From Anaerolineales bacterium (GTDB lineage: Bacteria > Chloroflexota > Anaerolineae > Anaerolineales > UBA4823): a stretch of 64,000 bases of DNA. Below are positions 17,083 to 26,861 of this stretch, piece by piece. The notes below the pieces were generated by a model. It saw only the letters and a program-made list of their open reading frames with translations, made no database searches and was not told where the DNA came from. The stretch lies in the NCBI GenBank assembly GCA_035341015.1, contig DAOQUL010000003.1, positions 10,350-74,349 of the forward strand. The letters are read 5' to 3'. Position 1 is the stretch's first letter; each line of letters starts with the position of its first letter. Made by a program: the position numbers and the translations under genes.

Positions 17083-20000
17083 TCAATATGGCTTGGGGTT
17101 GGCCTCTTGGATGGTGTCGTGCACAGTGATGACTCCGGTACTGCCATCCAGGTCAAAGACGTACCACCAGTCGCCGGTGCCTGAGGTGGGAACGTAGTAA
17201 TTGGCGATCAGGCCGGTTGAGTCATACACCTGCACGTGCGCGCCGGAGTTTGTGATCAGGCCATCGCCGGCGTATTTGTAAACAGCATAGCGATAGTTGC
17301 CCTCGAAGCGTTCTTTGATGGTGATCGTCTCGGGTCCATAGCTGTATTGGTCATCGATGTCCAGGCAGGCGTAGGGGCTGGCAGAACAGTTCCCTTTGTT
17401 GGAAAAATAGATGTGGTAAGGATGACTGGGGGGCAGCCAAAGGTGGGAATCGATGTCTCTGGGGTTAGCGCCCCAGGTAAGGACGATGCGCATCTCACCC
17501 TGGGCCAGGGTGGGCGACAGAATATAGTTAAGCGACGAGGCCTGGTTGATGACGATAATAACCGTCTGGTCGAGGGAGAAATAACCCTCTGCAGAAGCGC
17601 GCAGGGTTTGCGAACCGGGAAGAAGTCCTGAAAGGGTGTAATTCCCGGCGCCATCGGTTGTGGTGCAGGGGCTGCCGCCGGCATGACACACGCTGGCCCC
17701 GCCAATGCCCATCCCGGTAACGGCGCTGGTGACTTGCCCGGTAACGCTGCCGTATTGGACGGTGGAGACAAGATCAAAATCCAGGTTGAAATCATTGTTA
17801 TCGAGCAAGATCGTTTCTTCTTTGTCATAATACCCCCCTGCAGAAGCTCGCAAGGTTTGTTCTCCAATCGGAACCGTATTAAATACATAAAACCCAGCGG
17901 AATCTGTGGTGGCGCACGGGCCAGCAGGCAAAATGCATACGGTGGCTCCTCCAATGCCAGTGTGTGTCGCGGCATCATAGACGCTTCCGGTAATATCGCC
18001 ATATCTATTGATATTCCGGAAAATGATCGGTAAGTGAGCATAATAGGCGAAGACGGTTACGGAAGTTATATCCTTTTGCGTGCCGGCGGAGTTTGTGGCA
18101 GTGAGGGTGGCATCATATATGCTGGGGTGGGCGTAGGTGTGGGTGACGGTAATCCCGCTGGCGCTAGTTCCATCCCCAAAATCCCAGGAATAAGTAACCC
18201 CGGTGCCGCCGGCAAGGGTGGCGGAGAAGGTGGTGGTTTGACCGATGAGGGTGGGGCTGTCGTTGCTGGCTTGCAGGCCGGTGATCGGCACGTCAGCAAC
18301 ATATTGGTTGAACCCATACCCTGTGAGGTTGACAGAGTTTTGCGCCTGACCACTGAGCCACCTCCAGCCGGCGGTGGTGTAGGTATGGGTCACGGTAGAA
18401 CCGCTGCCAGTGGCGCCATCGCCAAAATCCCAGGTATAGATAACATTGGTGCCCTGGATAACGGTGGCTGTGAAATGGGCGGGTACGCCAACCTGGATAG
18501 GGGAATCTCCCTGAATGTGGTACCCGTAGATCGGTATGTCGCTGATGGCAACGATCAGCGAGTTGCTTATTGCAGCCCGGTAATTAACCGCGTTGATGGT
18601 GAGGGTGTAAACGCCTGGCGTACCCCAGGTGAAGAAAGCGGTGTCGCTCAAGCCGGCAGTGTGGGTGACGGTCTGTTGGCCTTCGCTCAGCCAGGTGTAC
18701 GTGATTGGAAGCGTTGCGGAACTTGGGCTAATGACAGCGGTGAAGGTGTATGGATTGCCTGCCAGGCCAGTCTCGGGCCCGCTGATTCTGAGCTCAGACG
18801 GCCCTATGCTGAAGATATTCGTGCCGGCCTGGGCCGATGCCTGGTATAGGGCGGGATTGGTGAGCGAGGTGACGGTGATATTCACGGTGTCGGTCAGATA
18901 CCAGGGGGCATGCAGGGGGATGAAGACAGAAACAGTGAAGGTGGCGGCATCGTCCGGCGCCAGCGGGCCAAGTTGGAGGGCAGAAAGCTCGCTATGCCAG
19001 GCAGATGGCCCGAGGGCCAGGGCATAGGTATCGGTAAGAGGGGACCAATTGTAGAACTTCAGGCTGTATTCTGTGACGACACCGGGCACGCCAGAGCCGG
19101 ATTGTGTGCGTGGGTAGAGGTAAACACCGGCCGGGAATTCATATGCCCCCATATCACAAGTTACCTCGCCATCTTGATCGCTGTCAAGTGGGCGGGGAAC
19201 ACCGCGCTGGTCGGTCGGGGGGCAGGCAGCGTTATCGCCGGCCTCGACGGCGGGACTGTTCAAGGGCAAGGCATGTGTCCAGGTAGGGCCGCCGTTATCA
19301 TGCAAAGGCTCCAACAGCGGATCAATGCCTGGCAGGGAGTGGTTGGCGGGAGCGAAGCCGCAGGAGGTGTCTGAAGACAAGTTGTACCCACCATCGGTGA
19401 GGTTACCGGCGCAGTCGCTGCTCGGTGAATTGGCGGCGACGATGGTATTGGTCAAAACCATACTGCCGCCAGTGTGATTGATCCCGCTGCCGGTGGTGGC
19501 GCTGTTGGAAAAGATCGTGGTGTTCACAATGGTGACTGTGCCATCCTGGTTGTTGATCCCGCCTCCGTACGTGGCGCTGTTGCCAGAAAAGGTGCTGTTG
19601 AGAACGGCAAGGGCGGCCAGGTGGTTGTTAACCGCTCCGCCTGAGATGGAATGGTTGTCCCAAAAGGTGCTGTTGGCGATGTTCAACAGGCCGCCGGAGT
19701 GATAGACGGCCCCGCCCGCACCGTTGTTCGGCGAGGTGTTGTTAGAGAAGGTGGTGTTGAGGATGGTCAGGGAGCCGCTGTTGGCCACCCCACCTGCCCC
19801 GTTATACAGCGTATAGTTGCCCGAGAAAACGTTGTTGTCAATGGTCATCGTCCCCTGATTGCGAATGGCGCCGCCGCAGGAGGCTTGCCCCTTGCAGTAA
19901 CCATCAGTATTGTTGCCGATGAAGGTGTTGTTGATAAGTGTCATTGGGCCATCGCTGTAAATGGCTCCCCCACCTTCAGTGGCTGTGTTAGAGATAAAGA

Positions 20001-20754
20001 TGCTGTCTTGGATGATAAACGAAGGGGCGGTGGATAAGAAAACAGCACCGCTGCCCATATTCACCGTGATGCGGTTGTTCAAAAAAGTGCTGCGTTGGAT
20101 GATGGTCACACTTTCGTGAACGGCTACACCAGCGCTGTAACCGGTGGCAGTATTTCCTTCAAAGCGGCTATCCAAGATGGTCAGGCTCCCGCCTTCGCTA
20201 TAGATGGCTCCCCCATATGGAAAGTAGAAGGCAATAACGCCATTCCTGATAAATGCACACTGTCTGATGGTCAAATTGCCACCACCATTATACAGACCAG
20301 CGCCGGTAGTGTTTTGAGGGGTGCGGCCATTCGCAACGGTCAACCCCTCAAGCCTCAGGTCGATTGCTCCATCCACAAAAAAGACGCGCGTGTTACCGCC
20401 CCCGCTGACGGCGATTTTCTCACCACCGTTAATTACCAGGGGGCCGCCGCTGGCCAGGAGATCGAGCTGGCTGCCTACCGTAACCGTGCCCGCCACGCTA
20501 AAGGTGATGGTGTCGGTGAGCACCATGCCGGCTGGGCAGGCGTCTACGGCGGCATTGGTGTTGGCGGCCTGGATGGCCTCGCGCAAGGCGCAGTCGCCAT
20601 CGGTGTTGAGCTCGTCAGCCAGGGTGTTAACGAGGATGGCTGTTTGAGGGGATGTAGTCCTGGCATGGGCAGAGGCCTCTATGACGGAGAGAAAGGCAGA
20701 CAACGCTAACAGCGCGGTCAACAGGGGGATCAAGAGTCGCAGTGCCTTGTTCAT
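17083..20754 (-). CDS. Large secreted protein: signal peptide, CSLREA-type N-terminal motif, right-handed beta-helix repeats, 3 PKD-like domains, 2 carboxypeptidase-regulatory-like domains, C-terminal beta domain
   Basis: Signal peptide at aa 1-30. [14 protein letters not shown] at aa 52-65. Asn/Gly-rich beta-helix turns run from about aa 90 to 470. PKD signatures [20 protein letters not shown] and [20 protein letters not shown]. Two GxxVC...TTDxxGxYxxxxxxxGxQTLRASAxGY units. The C-terminal 135 aa carry DIDSHLW...[13 protein letters not shown]. Confidence 0.85.
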   Translation of the reverse strand: MNKALRLLIPLLTALLALSAFLSVIEASAHARTTSPQTAILVNTLADELNTDGDCALREAIQAANTNAAVDACPAGMVLTDTITFSVAGTVTVGSQLDLLASGGPLVINGGEKIAVSGGGNTRVFFVDGAIDLRLEGLTVANGRTPQNTTGAGLYNGGGNLTIRQCAFIRNGVIAFYFPYGGAIYSEGGSLTILDSRFEGNTATGYSAGVAVHESVTIIQRSTFLNNRITVNMGSGAVFLSTAPSFIIQDSIFISNTATEGGGAIYSDGPMTLINNTFIGNNTDGYCKGQASCGGAIRNQGTMTIDNNVFSGNYTLYNGAGGVANSGSLTILNTTFSNNTSPNNGAGGAVYHSGGLLNIANSTFWDNHSISGGAVNNHLAALAVLNSTFSGNSATYGGGINNQDGTVTIVNTTIFSNSATTGSGINHTGGSMVLTNTIVAANSPSSDCAGNLTDGGYNLSSDTSCGFAPANHSLPGIDPLLEPLHDNGGPTWTHALPLNSPAVEAGDNAACPPTDQRGVPRPLDSDQDGEVTCDMGAYEFPAGVYLYPRTQSGSGVPGVVTEYSLKFYNWSPLTDTYALALGPSAWHSELSALQLGPLAPDDAATFTVSVFIPLHAPWYLTDTVNITVTSLTNPALYQASAQAGTNIFSIGPSELRISGPETGLAGNPYTFTAVISPSSATLPITYTWLSEGQQTVTHTAGLSDTAFFTWGTPGVYTLTINAVNYRAAISNSLIVAISDIPIYGYHIQGDSPIQVGVPAHFTATVIQGTNVIYTWDFGDGATGSGSTVTHTYTTAGWRWLSGQAQNSVNLTGYGFNQYVADVPITGLQASNDSPTLIGQTTTFSATLAGGTGVTYSWDFGDGTSASGITVTHTYAHPSIYDATLTATNSAGTQKDITSVTVFAYYAHLPIIFRNINRYGDITGSVYDAATHTGIGGATVCILPAGPCATTDSAGFYVFNTVPIGEQTLRASAGGYYDKEETILLDNNDFNLDFDLVSTVQYGSVTGQVTSAVTGMGIGGASVCHAGGSPCTTTDGAGNYTLSGLLPGSQTLRASAEGYFSLDQTVIIVINQASSLNYILSPTLAQGEMRIVLTWGANPRDIDSHLWLPPSHPYHIYFSNKGNCSASPYACLDIDDQYSYGPETITIKERFEGNYRYAVYKYAGDGLITNSGAHVQVYDSTGLIANYYVPTSGTGDWWYVFDLDGSTGVITVHDTIQEANPKPY

Positions 20755-20880
20755 TTTGCACTTCCTTCCATGACCTCTCGAGGATATGAAATTGTGTCTG
20801 GTTGGGGATAAACAAATACACCACTGGCAGGAGCCGGGTTAATTTGATTATACGACTGAATCTTGAATTGGCAAGCAGGG

Positions 20881-20935
20881 AGAAAATATCAAAAAACAGG
20901 TGTAGTGTGGCGTCAAAGCATTACACTACACCTGT
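20881..20935 (-). terminator. Rho-independent terminator of the FmdB-like gene
   Basis: Perfect 13-bp inverted repeat ACAGGTGTAGTGT / ACACTACACCTGT (20896-20908 and 20923-20935). On the minus strand it is followed by TTTTTGATATTTT. Confidence 0.65.
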
Positions 20936-20954
20936 TTATAAATTCAATAATAGC

Positions 20955-21257
20955 TTATTCTTCTGATTTAGCGCTGCTGACAGTCGTTTCGCTCTTGGTA
21001 GGCTCAGACTTCTTTTCGGTTTCGCTCTTCTTCTCGCCTTCAGAAGCCGGTTTGTTGGTGCGGCCCTGGCCCGAGGGAGAGCGGTGGTCGGTGGCGTAGA
21101 AGCCAGACCCTTTGAATACAATGCCAACAGGGGTGAAGACCTTGCGCAGGCTCTTTTTGTTGCACTCAGGGCAGCGGGTGAGGACGGGGTCGTTGAAGCC
21201 CTGTTTGTGTTCGAAGCGCACACCGCACTTATCGCATTGGTAGGTATAAATCGGCAT
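20955..21257 (-). CDS. FmdB-family zinc-ribbon protein
   Basis: MPIYTYQCDKCG...RCPECN CxxC pairs at the N-terminus, a Lys/Ser/Glu-rich tail, and a GGAGAA Shine-Dalgarno sequence. Confidence 0.8.
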   Translation of the reverse strand: MPIYTYQCDKCGVRFEHKQGFNDPVLTRCPECNKKSLRKVFTPVGIVFKGSGFYATDHRSPSGQGRTNKPASEGEKKSETEKKSEPTKSETTVSSAKSEE

Positions 21258-21363
21258 TCCAGTTTCTCCGGCTGATGAGGTCCATCAGCAACGTGACATT
21301 ATAGCGCGCCCGACCTTCTCTGGCAAGACTTTATGAAGAAGGTTCTAACAAACTGTTAACACG

Positions 21364-23214
21364 CTAGGGCCTGGGCGTGCGGGTGGGGTAGCGGGTGGAG
21401 GTGGGCTTGGGCGTGGAGGTGAAGGTGGGCGGCGGCGTGGCCGTGGCGGTGGATGTGCGCGTGGGGCGCGGCGTGGCAGTGGGGGTGTTGGTGCGGGTGG
21501 GTGGGATGATGGCTGCCAGGTGTTCTTGGGCAAAAGTGCGCCAATCGGCGGGCACGGCCTCTTCGGGCAGGGCCAGCAGGGCTTCCCAATCGGTCTTGGC
21601 ATCCAGTGTGTTGAAGGCCTGCTCTGAAACCTGGGCGCGGTGATAATAAATGTAAGCCCGCTGGCTGTCTTCGGTGACCCACTGCTGGGCACTGCTGAAC
21701 TGGCGGTAAGCCATGGTCAGGCGTTCATCAGCCCACAAGGCATGGGCAAGCTGGATGCTGTAATCGTAAGAATTCGGCACCAGGTTGAGCGCGATCACCA
21801 GGTCATTGACGGCGGCCTGGTAATCTTCTAAGATCATGTACGCCGAGCCGCGATAGTAATAGGCGTCGGCGAAGTTGGGATTGATGGCAATGGCTTTGTC
21901 GAAGCGTTCGACCGCCTGGTCGTAGATCTCGGCTTCAAAGTAAGACAGGCCAGCCAGGGTCCAGGCCAGGGAATTCTCGGTCTCGTAGCGCAGGTAAATG
22001 TTGATGTAGTACAGGGCCTGGTCTGGATCTTCATTGAGCATGTAGGCCTGGCCGAGCACCAGGTAGGCGGGCAGCAGGGTGCGGTCTGATTCGTAAGCCA
22101 GCTTGGCCATTTCTAGGGCGCTGGTGTAATCGCCTTCCAGGATAAAGGCCTGGGCGTTGAGCATGTAGATGCGCGGCGCACCGGGGAATAATGCCTCGGC
22201 AGCCATCAGGTCTGCCCGGGCAGCATCCACCTCGCCCTCGCTCAGCAGGTAAGCGGCGCGTTCGAGGTAGGCATCTACATAGTCGGGATCTAACTCAATG
22301 GCCTTATCCAGGTCATCGATGACCACGGTTGAAGGGTCGATGCCCAGGTTAGCCAGGGCGCGGCCCATGTAGTTGGGGGCAAAATTGGCGTTGACGGCGA
22401 TGCCCTGGTTGTAAGCGCGGATGGCATCCTGGTACTTGCCTGTCAGGCGGTAAGCCTCGCCCTGGTGGAAGTATAAATCGACCGCATCCGGTTCGGCGGT
22501 GACGGCCTGACCGATGAAGTCTAGCATGCTGGTGTAATTGCCGCGCTCGTAAGAGCTGATGCCGGCGCGGTAAGCTTCAACCACGGGGTGCGGGGTGTTG
22601 ACGTACATGGGGACGGGGGTGTAGGTTTCGTCCAGGAACATCCACAACGGGGTAGGCCCGACGAATGTGGGGGTGGGTGAGCGCACGACGCGGGTGGCGG
22701 TTGAGGTGGGGGTAAGGGTGGGGGCCGGGGTGCGGGTGACCACGGGGGTGACGCGAATGAAGACCACTTCTTCGGGCTGGCGGGTGGCCCCATAAATGCC
22801 CAGCGAGACGAGCCCGATCAGCAGGGCGGCGGCAGCAAGGATGCTGACCATGCGTGTGACGGGATTTTCCCACACGCGTTTGAAGATATTCTTGGGCGGC
22901 TCCAGCTCTTTGTTCAGATCATCAGCCCACTTGCGATGGATGGGTGGGACGGGGGTTACATCTTCAGCGGGTGGGCGGGCGCCCATCAAGACCAGCCCGC
23001 GGCGGGCGGCCTCGTTATTGGGATCGGCCTTGAGGGCCGATTCGAGGCAGAAGACGCGTTCGCCGGGGTTATCGACCACGGTGCTCATCCACAACCAGTA
23101 ATCGACGTTAGAGGCGTTGCTGCGAATGAGGCGCGTCAGCAGGTCGCGGGCCCGGCTGCGCTCGCCTTTTTCAATCGCTTCCATTGCTTCTTGGAACATC
23201 TTGTCTTGGGCCAT
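21364..23214 (-). CDS. TPR-repeat membrane protein with Pro/Thr-rich linkers
   Basis: N-terminal TPR, one TM (MVSILAAAALLIGLVSLGIYGA), then multiple TPR units (AYxxLGxAYxxxGDYxxA patterns) and a PT-rich tail. The start is uncertain (ATG 23214 or 23229, or TTG 23259). Confidence 0.65.
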   Translation of the reverse strand: MAQDKMFQEAMEAIEKGERSRARDLLTRLIRSNASNVDYWLWMSTVVDNPGERVFCLESALKADPNNEAARRGLVLMGARPPAEDVTPVPPIHRKWADDLNKELEPPKNIFKRVWENPVTRMVSILAAAALLIGLVSLGIYGATRQPEEVVFIRVTPVVTRTPAPTLTPTSTATRVVRSPTPTFVGPTPLWMFLDETYTPVPMYVNTPHPVVEAYRAGISSYERGNYTSMLDFIGQAVTAEPDAVDLYFHQGEAYRLTGKYQDAIRAYNQGIAVNANFAPNYMGRALANLGIDPSTVVIDDLDKAIELDPDYVDAYLERAAYLLSEGEVDAARADLMAAEALFPGAPRIYMLNAQAFILEGDYTSALEMAKLAYESDRTLLPAYLVLGQAYMLNEDPDQALYYINIYLRYETENSLAWTLAGLSYFEAEIYDQAVERFDKAIAINPNFADAYYYRGSAYMILEDYQAAVNDLVIALNLVPNSYDYSIQLAHALWADERLTMAYRQFSSAQQWVTEDSQRAYIYYHRAQVSEQAFNTLDAKTDWEALLALPEEAVPADWRTFAQEHLAAIIPPTRTNTPTATPRPTRTSTATATPPPTFTSTPKPTSTRYPTRTPRP

Positions 23215-23349
23215 AAGAATACCTGGCATGAGTCTAGCACAGCCCGCCAAATGCGGCAAGTGGATTTAACGAAGAAATTGGGGTGTGAACGGGCAGTTTC
23301 ACCGTCCGTTCACACCCCAAACCCCAAAAAGTGCAGTTATAATCGGGGC

Positions 23350-24447
23350 ATGGGTATGATGAACACGTTGATCTGGCGATTGGCGGCCACAATGACCCTG
23401 GCATGGGGTTTGGCGGCCTGCCAGGCGGTCGCGCCGGTTGTTACGCCAACGCCCAGTGCCAGTCCGCCGGGCGTGTTAACGCCTTATCACACGCCCGGGC
23501 CCAGCAGCACACCCACCCTGCCCGCGCCGCTGCCCAGCCTGGAAGCCCTGCCGGTGACCCCTGCACCCAGCCCCACGCCTTTCACCCACGCCGTGGCGAA
23601 GGGCGAGACCATGCTGGGAATTGCCTACCAGTACAGCATTTCGCTCGAAGATTTGCTGGCGGCCAACCCTGGGGTTGACCCGCAGTTCCTTTCGGTGGGC
23701 ACGCAGTTGGTCATTCCGTTGGGCGGGGAGGTGGCCGCAGTCCAGCCGACTGCCACCCCGATGGCGGTGGGCTGGCAGGGGCCGGTGTGCCACCGCAGTG
23801 CAGATGGCGGGGCCTGGTGTTTTGTGCTGGCGCAGAACGAGCAGATCTATGGGCTGGAAAATCTTTCGGCATGGATTGGGCTGTTCGATGAACAGGGCCG
23901 GCCCGTGGCCGGGCAGGTGGCGATTGGGGGGCTGAATTTACTGCCTGCTGGGCGGGCGCTGCCCCTGGGGACGTATTTCTCGCCGCCGCTGCCCGAGGTC
24001 TTTGGGGCGCAGTTTGAGCCATTGACGGCGCTGGCGGTGCTGGATGGCAATGCACGCTACCTGTTGGTTGAGGCCAGAGAGCTGGCGTTTGAAATTGCCG
24101 GGGATGGAGGGCAGGCCGTGAGCAGCGGAGAGATCTGGCTGGCCGGCCCGGCGCCATCGCTGGTGTGGGTAGAGGCGGTAGCTTACGATGCCAGTGGGCA
24201 GGTAGTGGGGGTGCGCAAGTGGGAGACAGCCCAACCGTGCACGGGCCTGTTCCCCACGGCTACGCCCACGGGCGTGGCAACGGCTACGCCGGATGCATCC
24301 GTTCTGACACCAGTTCCTGGCGAGGCAACCGCCACGCCCGGCCCGGCCGGAATGCCAGGCTTTGGGTTTTGCACCCGCTTTGAGCTGGCAGTGTACAGCC
24401 TGGGGCCGGCGATCCAGAGGGTGGAGATCCTGGTCGAAGCAAGATAA
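23350..24447 (+). CDS. LysM-domain lipoprotein
   Basis: Lipobox LAAC after a hydrophobic N-terminus, a PT-rich linker, and a LysM motif (HAVAKGETMLGIAYQYSISLEDLLAANPGV...GTQLVIPL). ATG 23350 lies 6 nt after a TATAAT hexamer. Confidence 0.75.
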   Translation: MGMMNTLIWRLAATMTLAWGLAACQAVAPVVTPTPSASPPGVLTPYHTPGPSSTPTLPAPLPSLEALPVTPAPSPTPFTHAVAKGETMLGIAYQYSISLEDLLAANPGVDPQFLSVGTQLVIPLGGEVAAVQPTATPMAVGWQGPVCHRSADGGAWCFVLAQNEQIYGLENLSAWIGLFDEQGRPVAGQVAIGGLNLLPAGRALPLGTYFSPPLPEVFGAQFEPLTALAVLDGNARYLLVEARELAFEIAGDGGQAVSSGEIWLAGPAPSLVWVEAVAYDASGQVVGVRKWETAQPCTGLFPTATPTGVATATPDASVLTPVPGEATATPGPAGMPGFGFCTRFELAVYSLGPAIQRVEILVEAR

Positions 24448-24457
24448 ATGCGGGTAT

Positions 24458-25324
24458 TCATTGGCCGGAGGGCGAAACCTGGGCACCGGGGGGGAAGGGG
24501 CCGGCGCTGCGTTCAAAAGAGAAGCCCGCCGCGCCGCGATGCCCGCCGCCGCCGAATTTTTCGGCAATCTGTGCCACATCCACTTGATCTGAATACAAGG
24601 TGACAAAGGTGATCACGTGCCCGTTTTGCGGAGCTTCGACATAGCAGTAGCCGATGGCGTACCCTAGCTGGCGGATATGCTGGCCCAGGTCGCCATCGCC
24701 GCGGCGGTTGATGACAAGGGTGTTGTGCCCTTCGAAGGTCACCGGGTAGCCATAGCGGCTGACGGCGCGGCGCATCTCGCGCAGGCGGGCGGCCAATAAG
24801 AGCGTGCCTTGTGAAACCAGCGCCTGGACGGCCTGGGGGTCGTCATCTAGCAGGGGCTTCCAGAGGTCGTCGTTATCGGGGCGGGTTTCTTGCTGGTGCA
24901 GGCCCTCGTTAAAGGCGCCCGAATCGGGCTCAAGGTTGGCCCATACGTCCCGGTCTCCGACGAGGGTGATGGCGCGCGGCAGGGGCTGGGCGGGGAAGAA
25001 ATAACGCCAGGCCAGCACACAGCCGGCGGCGCCAACCTGGCGTAAGCCGGGCCAGGGGGCGGCGCTGCCCGCCAGCTCATCCAGGGCCGATTGGTGATGG
25101 TCGATCCAGGTGAAGGTGCGGCCCTCAGCCAGGCGCAGCATATCTGGCTGCGAGAGGGAAAAGTCGACCATGAGGATGTGCTGAGCACGGTCGACCAGCT
25201 TCCAGGGGACGGGATCGCCGTAATTGATCTCGTGCAGCCTGACATCTGGCCCAAGGGCGCGGCGCACCACCGCAGCAGCGGCGCGCCCATCGGCGTCATT
25301 GTGATGAAAGCATAGGGTATTCAT
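24458..25324 (-). CDS. DHH/DHHA1-family phosphoesterase
   Basis: HHNDADG, WIDHHQS (DHH) and GGGGHRGAAGF (DHHA1) motifs. Confidence 0.8.
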   Translation of the reverse strand: MNTLCFHHNDADGRAAAAVVRRALGPDVRLHEINYGDPVPWKLVDRAQHILMVDFSLSQPDMLRLAEGRTFTWIDHHQSALDELAGSAAPWPGLRQVGAAGCVLAWRYFFPAQPLPRAITLVGDRDVWANLEPDSGAFNEGLHQQETRPDNDDLWKPLLDDDPQAVQALVSQGTLLLAARLREMRRAVSRYGYPVTFEGHNTLVINRRGDGDLGQHIRQLGYAIGYCYVEAPQNGHVITFVTLYSDQVDVAQIAEKFGGGGHRGAAGFSFERSAGPFPPGAQVSPSGQ

Positions 25325-26517
25325 TAGAACAAGGGTAACGAGACCAGGGGGACGGGGGTGAAGACCAGGATGAAAACGATGATCCCCAGGATGGCAACGG
25401 CTTTGCGCCGGGCATCCAGGGTGGTGATCTGGTCAAGGGGCTCGGCATGGAAACGGCCAAAGGCAAAGATGAGAAAAGCCCACAGCCACCAGCCGTTCCA
25501 CACCACGCCCAGGAGCACCAGGGCGCCCAGGATGATGGGTAAGATGCTGCGCATGCGTTTGCCGCCCAGCAGGACGTACAGGACGTGCCCACCGTCCAAC
25601 TGCCCGGCCGGGATCAGGTTCAGGGCGGTGACCAGGAGCCCCGCCCAGCCGGCCCAGGCCACCGGGTGCAGGCTGACGTCATAACCGCCGGTGGGCAGGG
25701 GGGCGCCGGTGAAGAAATAGCGCAGCCAGTAGATGGCCGGCTGGAGGCCGGAATAACCTGCGGGCTGGGGCAGCATCTGCCCGTGGACGAGATACTTCAA
25801 CAGCAGGTAGAGGATGGAGTTGCCCTCGAAGATCTGGCCTTCGGGCAGGGTGAGCGGAATCTGCTGCACGGGAGAGAGGGCCAGCCCAAGGATGAGCACC
25901 GGGATGGCAACCACCAGCCCGGCCAGGGGCCCGGCGATGCCGATATCCAGCAGGGTGCGGCGGTTTTTGGGCGGTTCTTTGAGCTGGATAAAGGCGCCCA
26001 TGGTGCCAAAATAGCTGAAGGGGAAGGGGATGAAATAGGGCAGGGTGACGTCCGTCTTATGGTAGCGCCCCACCAGGTAGTGGCCGAATTCGTGGGCTGT
26101 CAGGATGGCCAATAGCGCCGCAGCAAAGGGCCAGCCGCTGAGCACAAAACGCAGGCCTTCAACCGGGTTGCTGGGCAGGGCCTGCGCGGGGCTGAAGAGG
26201 GCGCCGGTGAGCATGACGCTGAATACGGTGAGGATGAACAGGACTACGTTGACCCATTTCTTGGATGGCTTGGTATGGACCACGCCTTCCACCAGGATGA
26301 CAGCGTGGCGGCCCTCTTCCAGGCGGAAGAGGGGGGTGATCTCGAGAGGGCGCAGGGCCTGGGCCAGGTCGTCGTAGGCGGCGGGGGTGTCTTCGTTATA
26401 GATGCGCCCGCGGTAGCGGACGATGAAGCCCTGCTTTTGCTCGCCCCAGGTCACGTCTTCGATGCGCATGATGCGGCTGACGAGGGGGGTGAGTTGGTCG
26501 TTCTCAACCGGCAGCAT
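25324..26517 (-). CDS. Site-2 protease family (M50) membrane zinc metalloprotease
   Basis: HEFGHY zinc motif and NLIPAGQLDGGH second motif, several TM segments, and a GGAGA Shine-Dalgarno sequence. Confidence 0.85.
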   Translation of the reverse strand: MLPVENDQLTPLVSRIMRIEDVTWGEQKQGFIVRYRGRIYNEDTPAAYDDLAQALRPLEITPLFRLEEGRHAVILVEGVVHTKPSKKWVNVVLFILTVFSVMLTGALFSPAQALPSNPVEGLRFVLSGWPFAAALLAILTAHEFGHYLVGRYHKTDVTLPYFIPFPFSYFGTMGAFIQLKEPPKNRRTLLDIGIAGPLAGLVVAIPVLILGLALSPVQQIPLTLPEGQIFEGNSILYLLLKYLVHGQMLPQPAGYSGLQPAIYWLRYFFTGAPLPTGGYDVSLHPVAWAGWAGLLVTALNLIPAGQLDGGHVLYVLLGGKRMRSILPIILGALVLLGVVWNGWWLWAFLIFAFGRFHAEPLDQITTLDARRKAVAILGIIVFILVFTPVPLVSLPLF

Positions 26518-26569
26518 TCTTTCTCCGTTCTACGCGGCGGGAGAAACCCCGCCTCTCTTAAAAATAAGG

Positions 26570-26663
26570 CGGGAGTGGATGGGGGTCGAACCCACCGCGG
26601 CCCGCAACGCGACCCGCCACCGGTTTTGAAGACCGGGGAGCCCACCGGGACTCAACCACTCCC
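26570..26663 (-). tRNA. selC: tRNA-Sec (selenocysteine, anticodon TCA)
   Basis: The hand-folded structure shows these features:
- An 8-bp acceptor stem GGGAGTGG/CCACTCCC.
- A 6-bp D stem GAGTCC/GGGCTC with a 4-nt loop.
- An anticodon arm CCGGT-CTTCAAA-ACCGG.
- A long variable arm (about 24 nt).
- A 5-bp T stem GTGGG/CCCAT with a TTCGACC loop.
It is 94 nt long and collinear with E. coli selC as I recall it. Confidence 0.85.
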
Positions 26664-26678
26664 AAGAAGTGCGCTGGA

Positions 26679-26708
26679 ATTATACCTTAAGATTGCTTCA
26701 CCCGGCAA
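26679..26708 (-). promoter_or_regulatory. Candidate promoter for tRNA-Sec
   Basis: On the minus strand: TTGCCG (26708-26703), an 18-nt spacer, then TATAAT (26684-26679), ending 15 nt upstream of the tRNA 5' end. Confidence 0.4.
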
Positions 26709-26861
26709 AAGCATCGGGTGAAGCAATGACAGAAGATGCTGACTTGAAACTGGGGGAATCCCCACCTTGACTCTTTATGGTGGTGGTGCTATATTCGAAC
26801 GCATTTGGGCAGCCGGAAGCCCAAACTGGACTAGACAGCTTTCGCGGCCAGGAGGCCGAAA

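Noticed and set aside
21364-21520. GC-rich quasi-repetitive DNA (ggtgg/gcgtgg units) that could be mistaken for a repeat array. Similar tracts occur at 37650-37900, 59350-59480 and 62010-62100.
   Set aside because: All of these lie in frame inside CDSs and encode Pro/Thr/Ala-rich linkers of exported or membrane proteins. There is no regular repeat-spacer periodicity, so they are not CRISPR arrays or satellites.
26518-26861. Search around selC, and across the window, for a selenoprotein gene with an in-frame TGA.
   Set aside because: No pair of adjacent same-frame ORFs separated by a single TGA was evident, and all sizeable gaps are accounted for by promoters, terminators or tRNAs. I cannot exclude one without a SECIS search.
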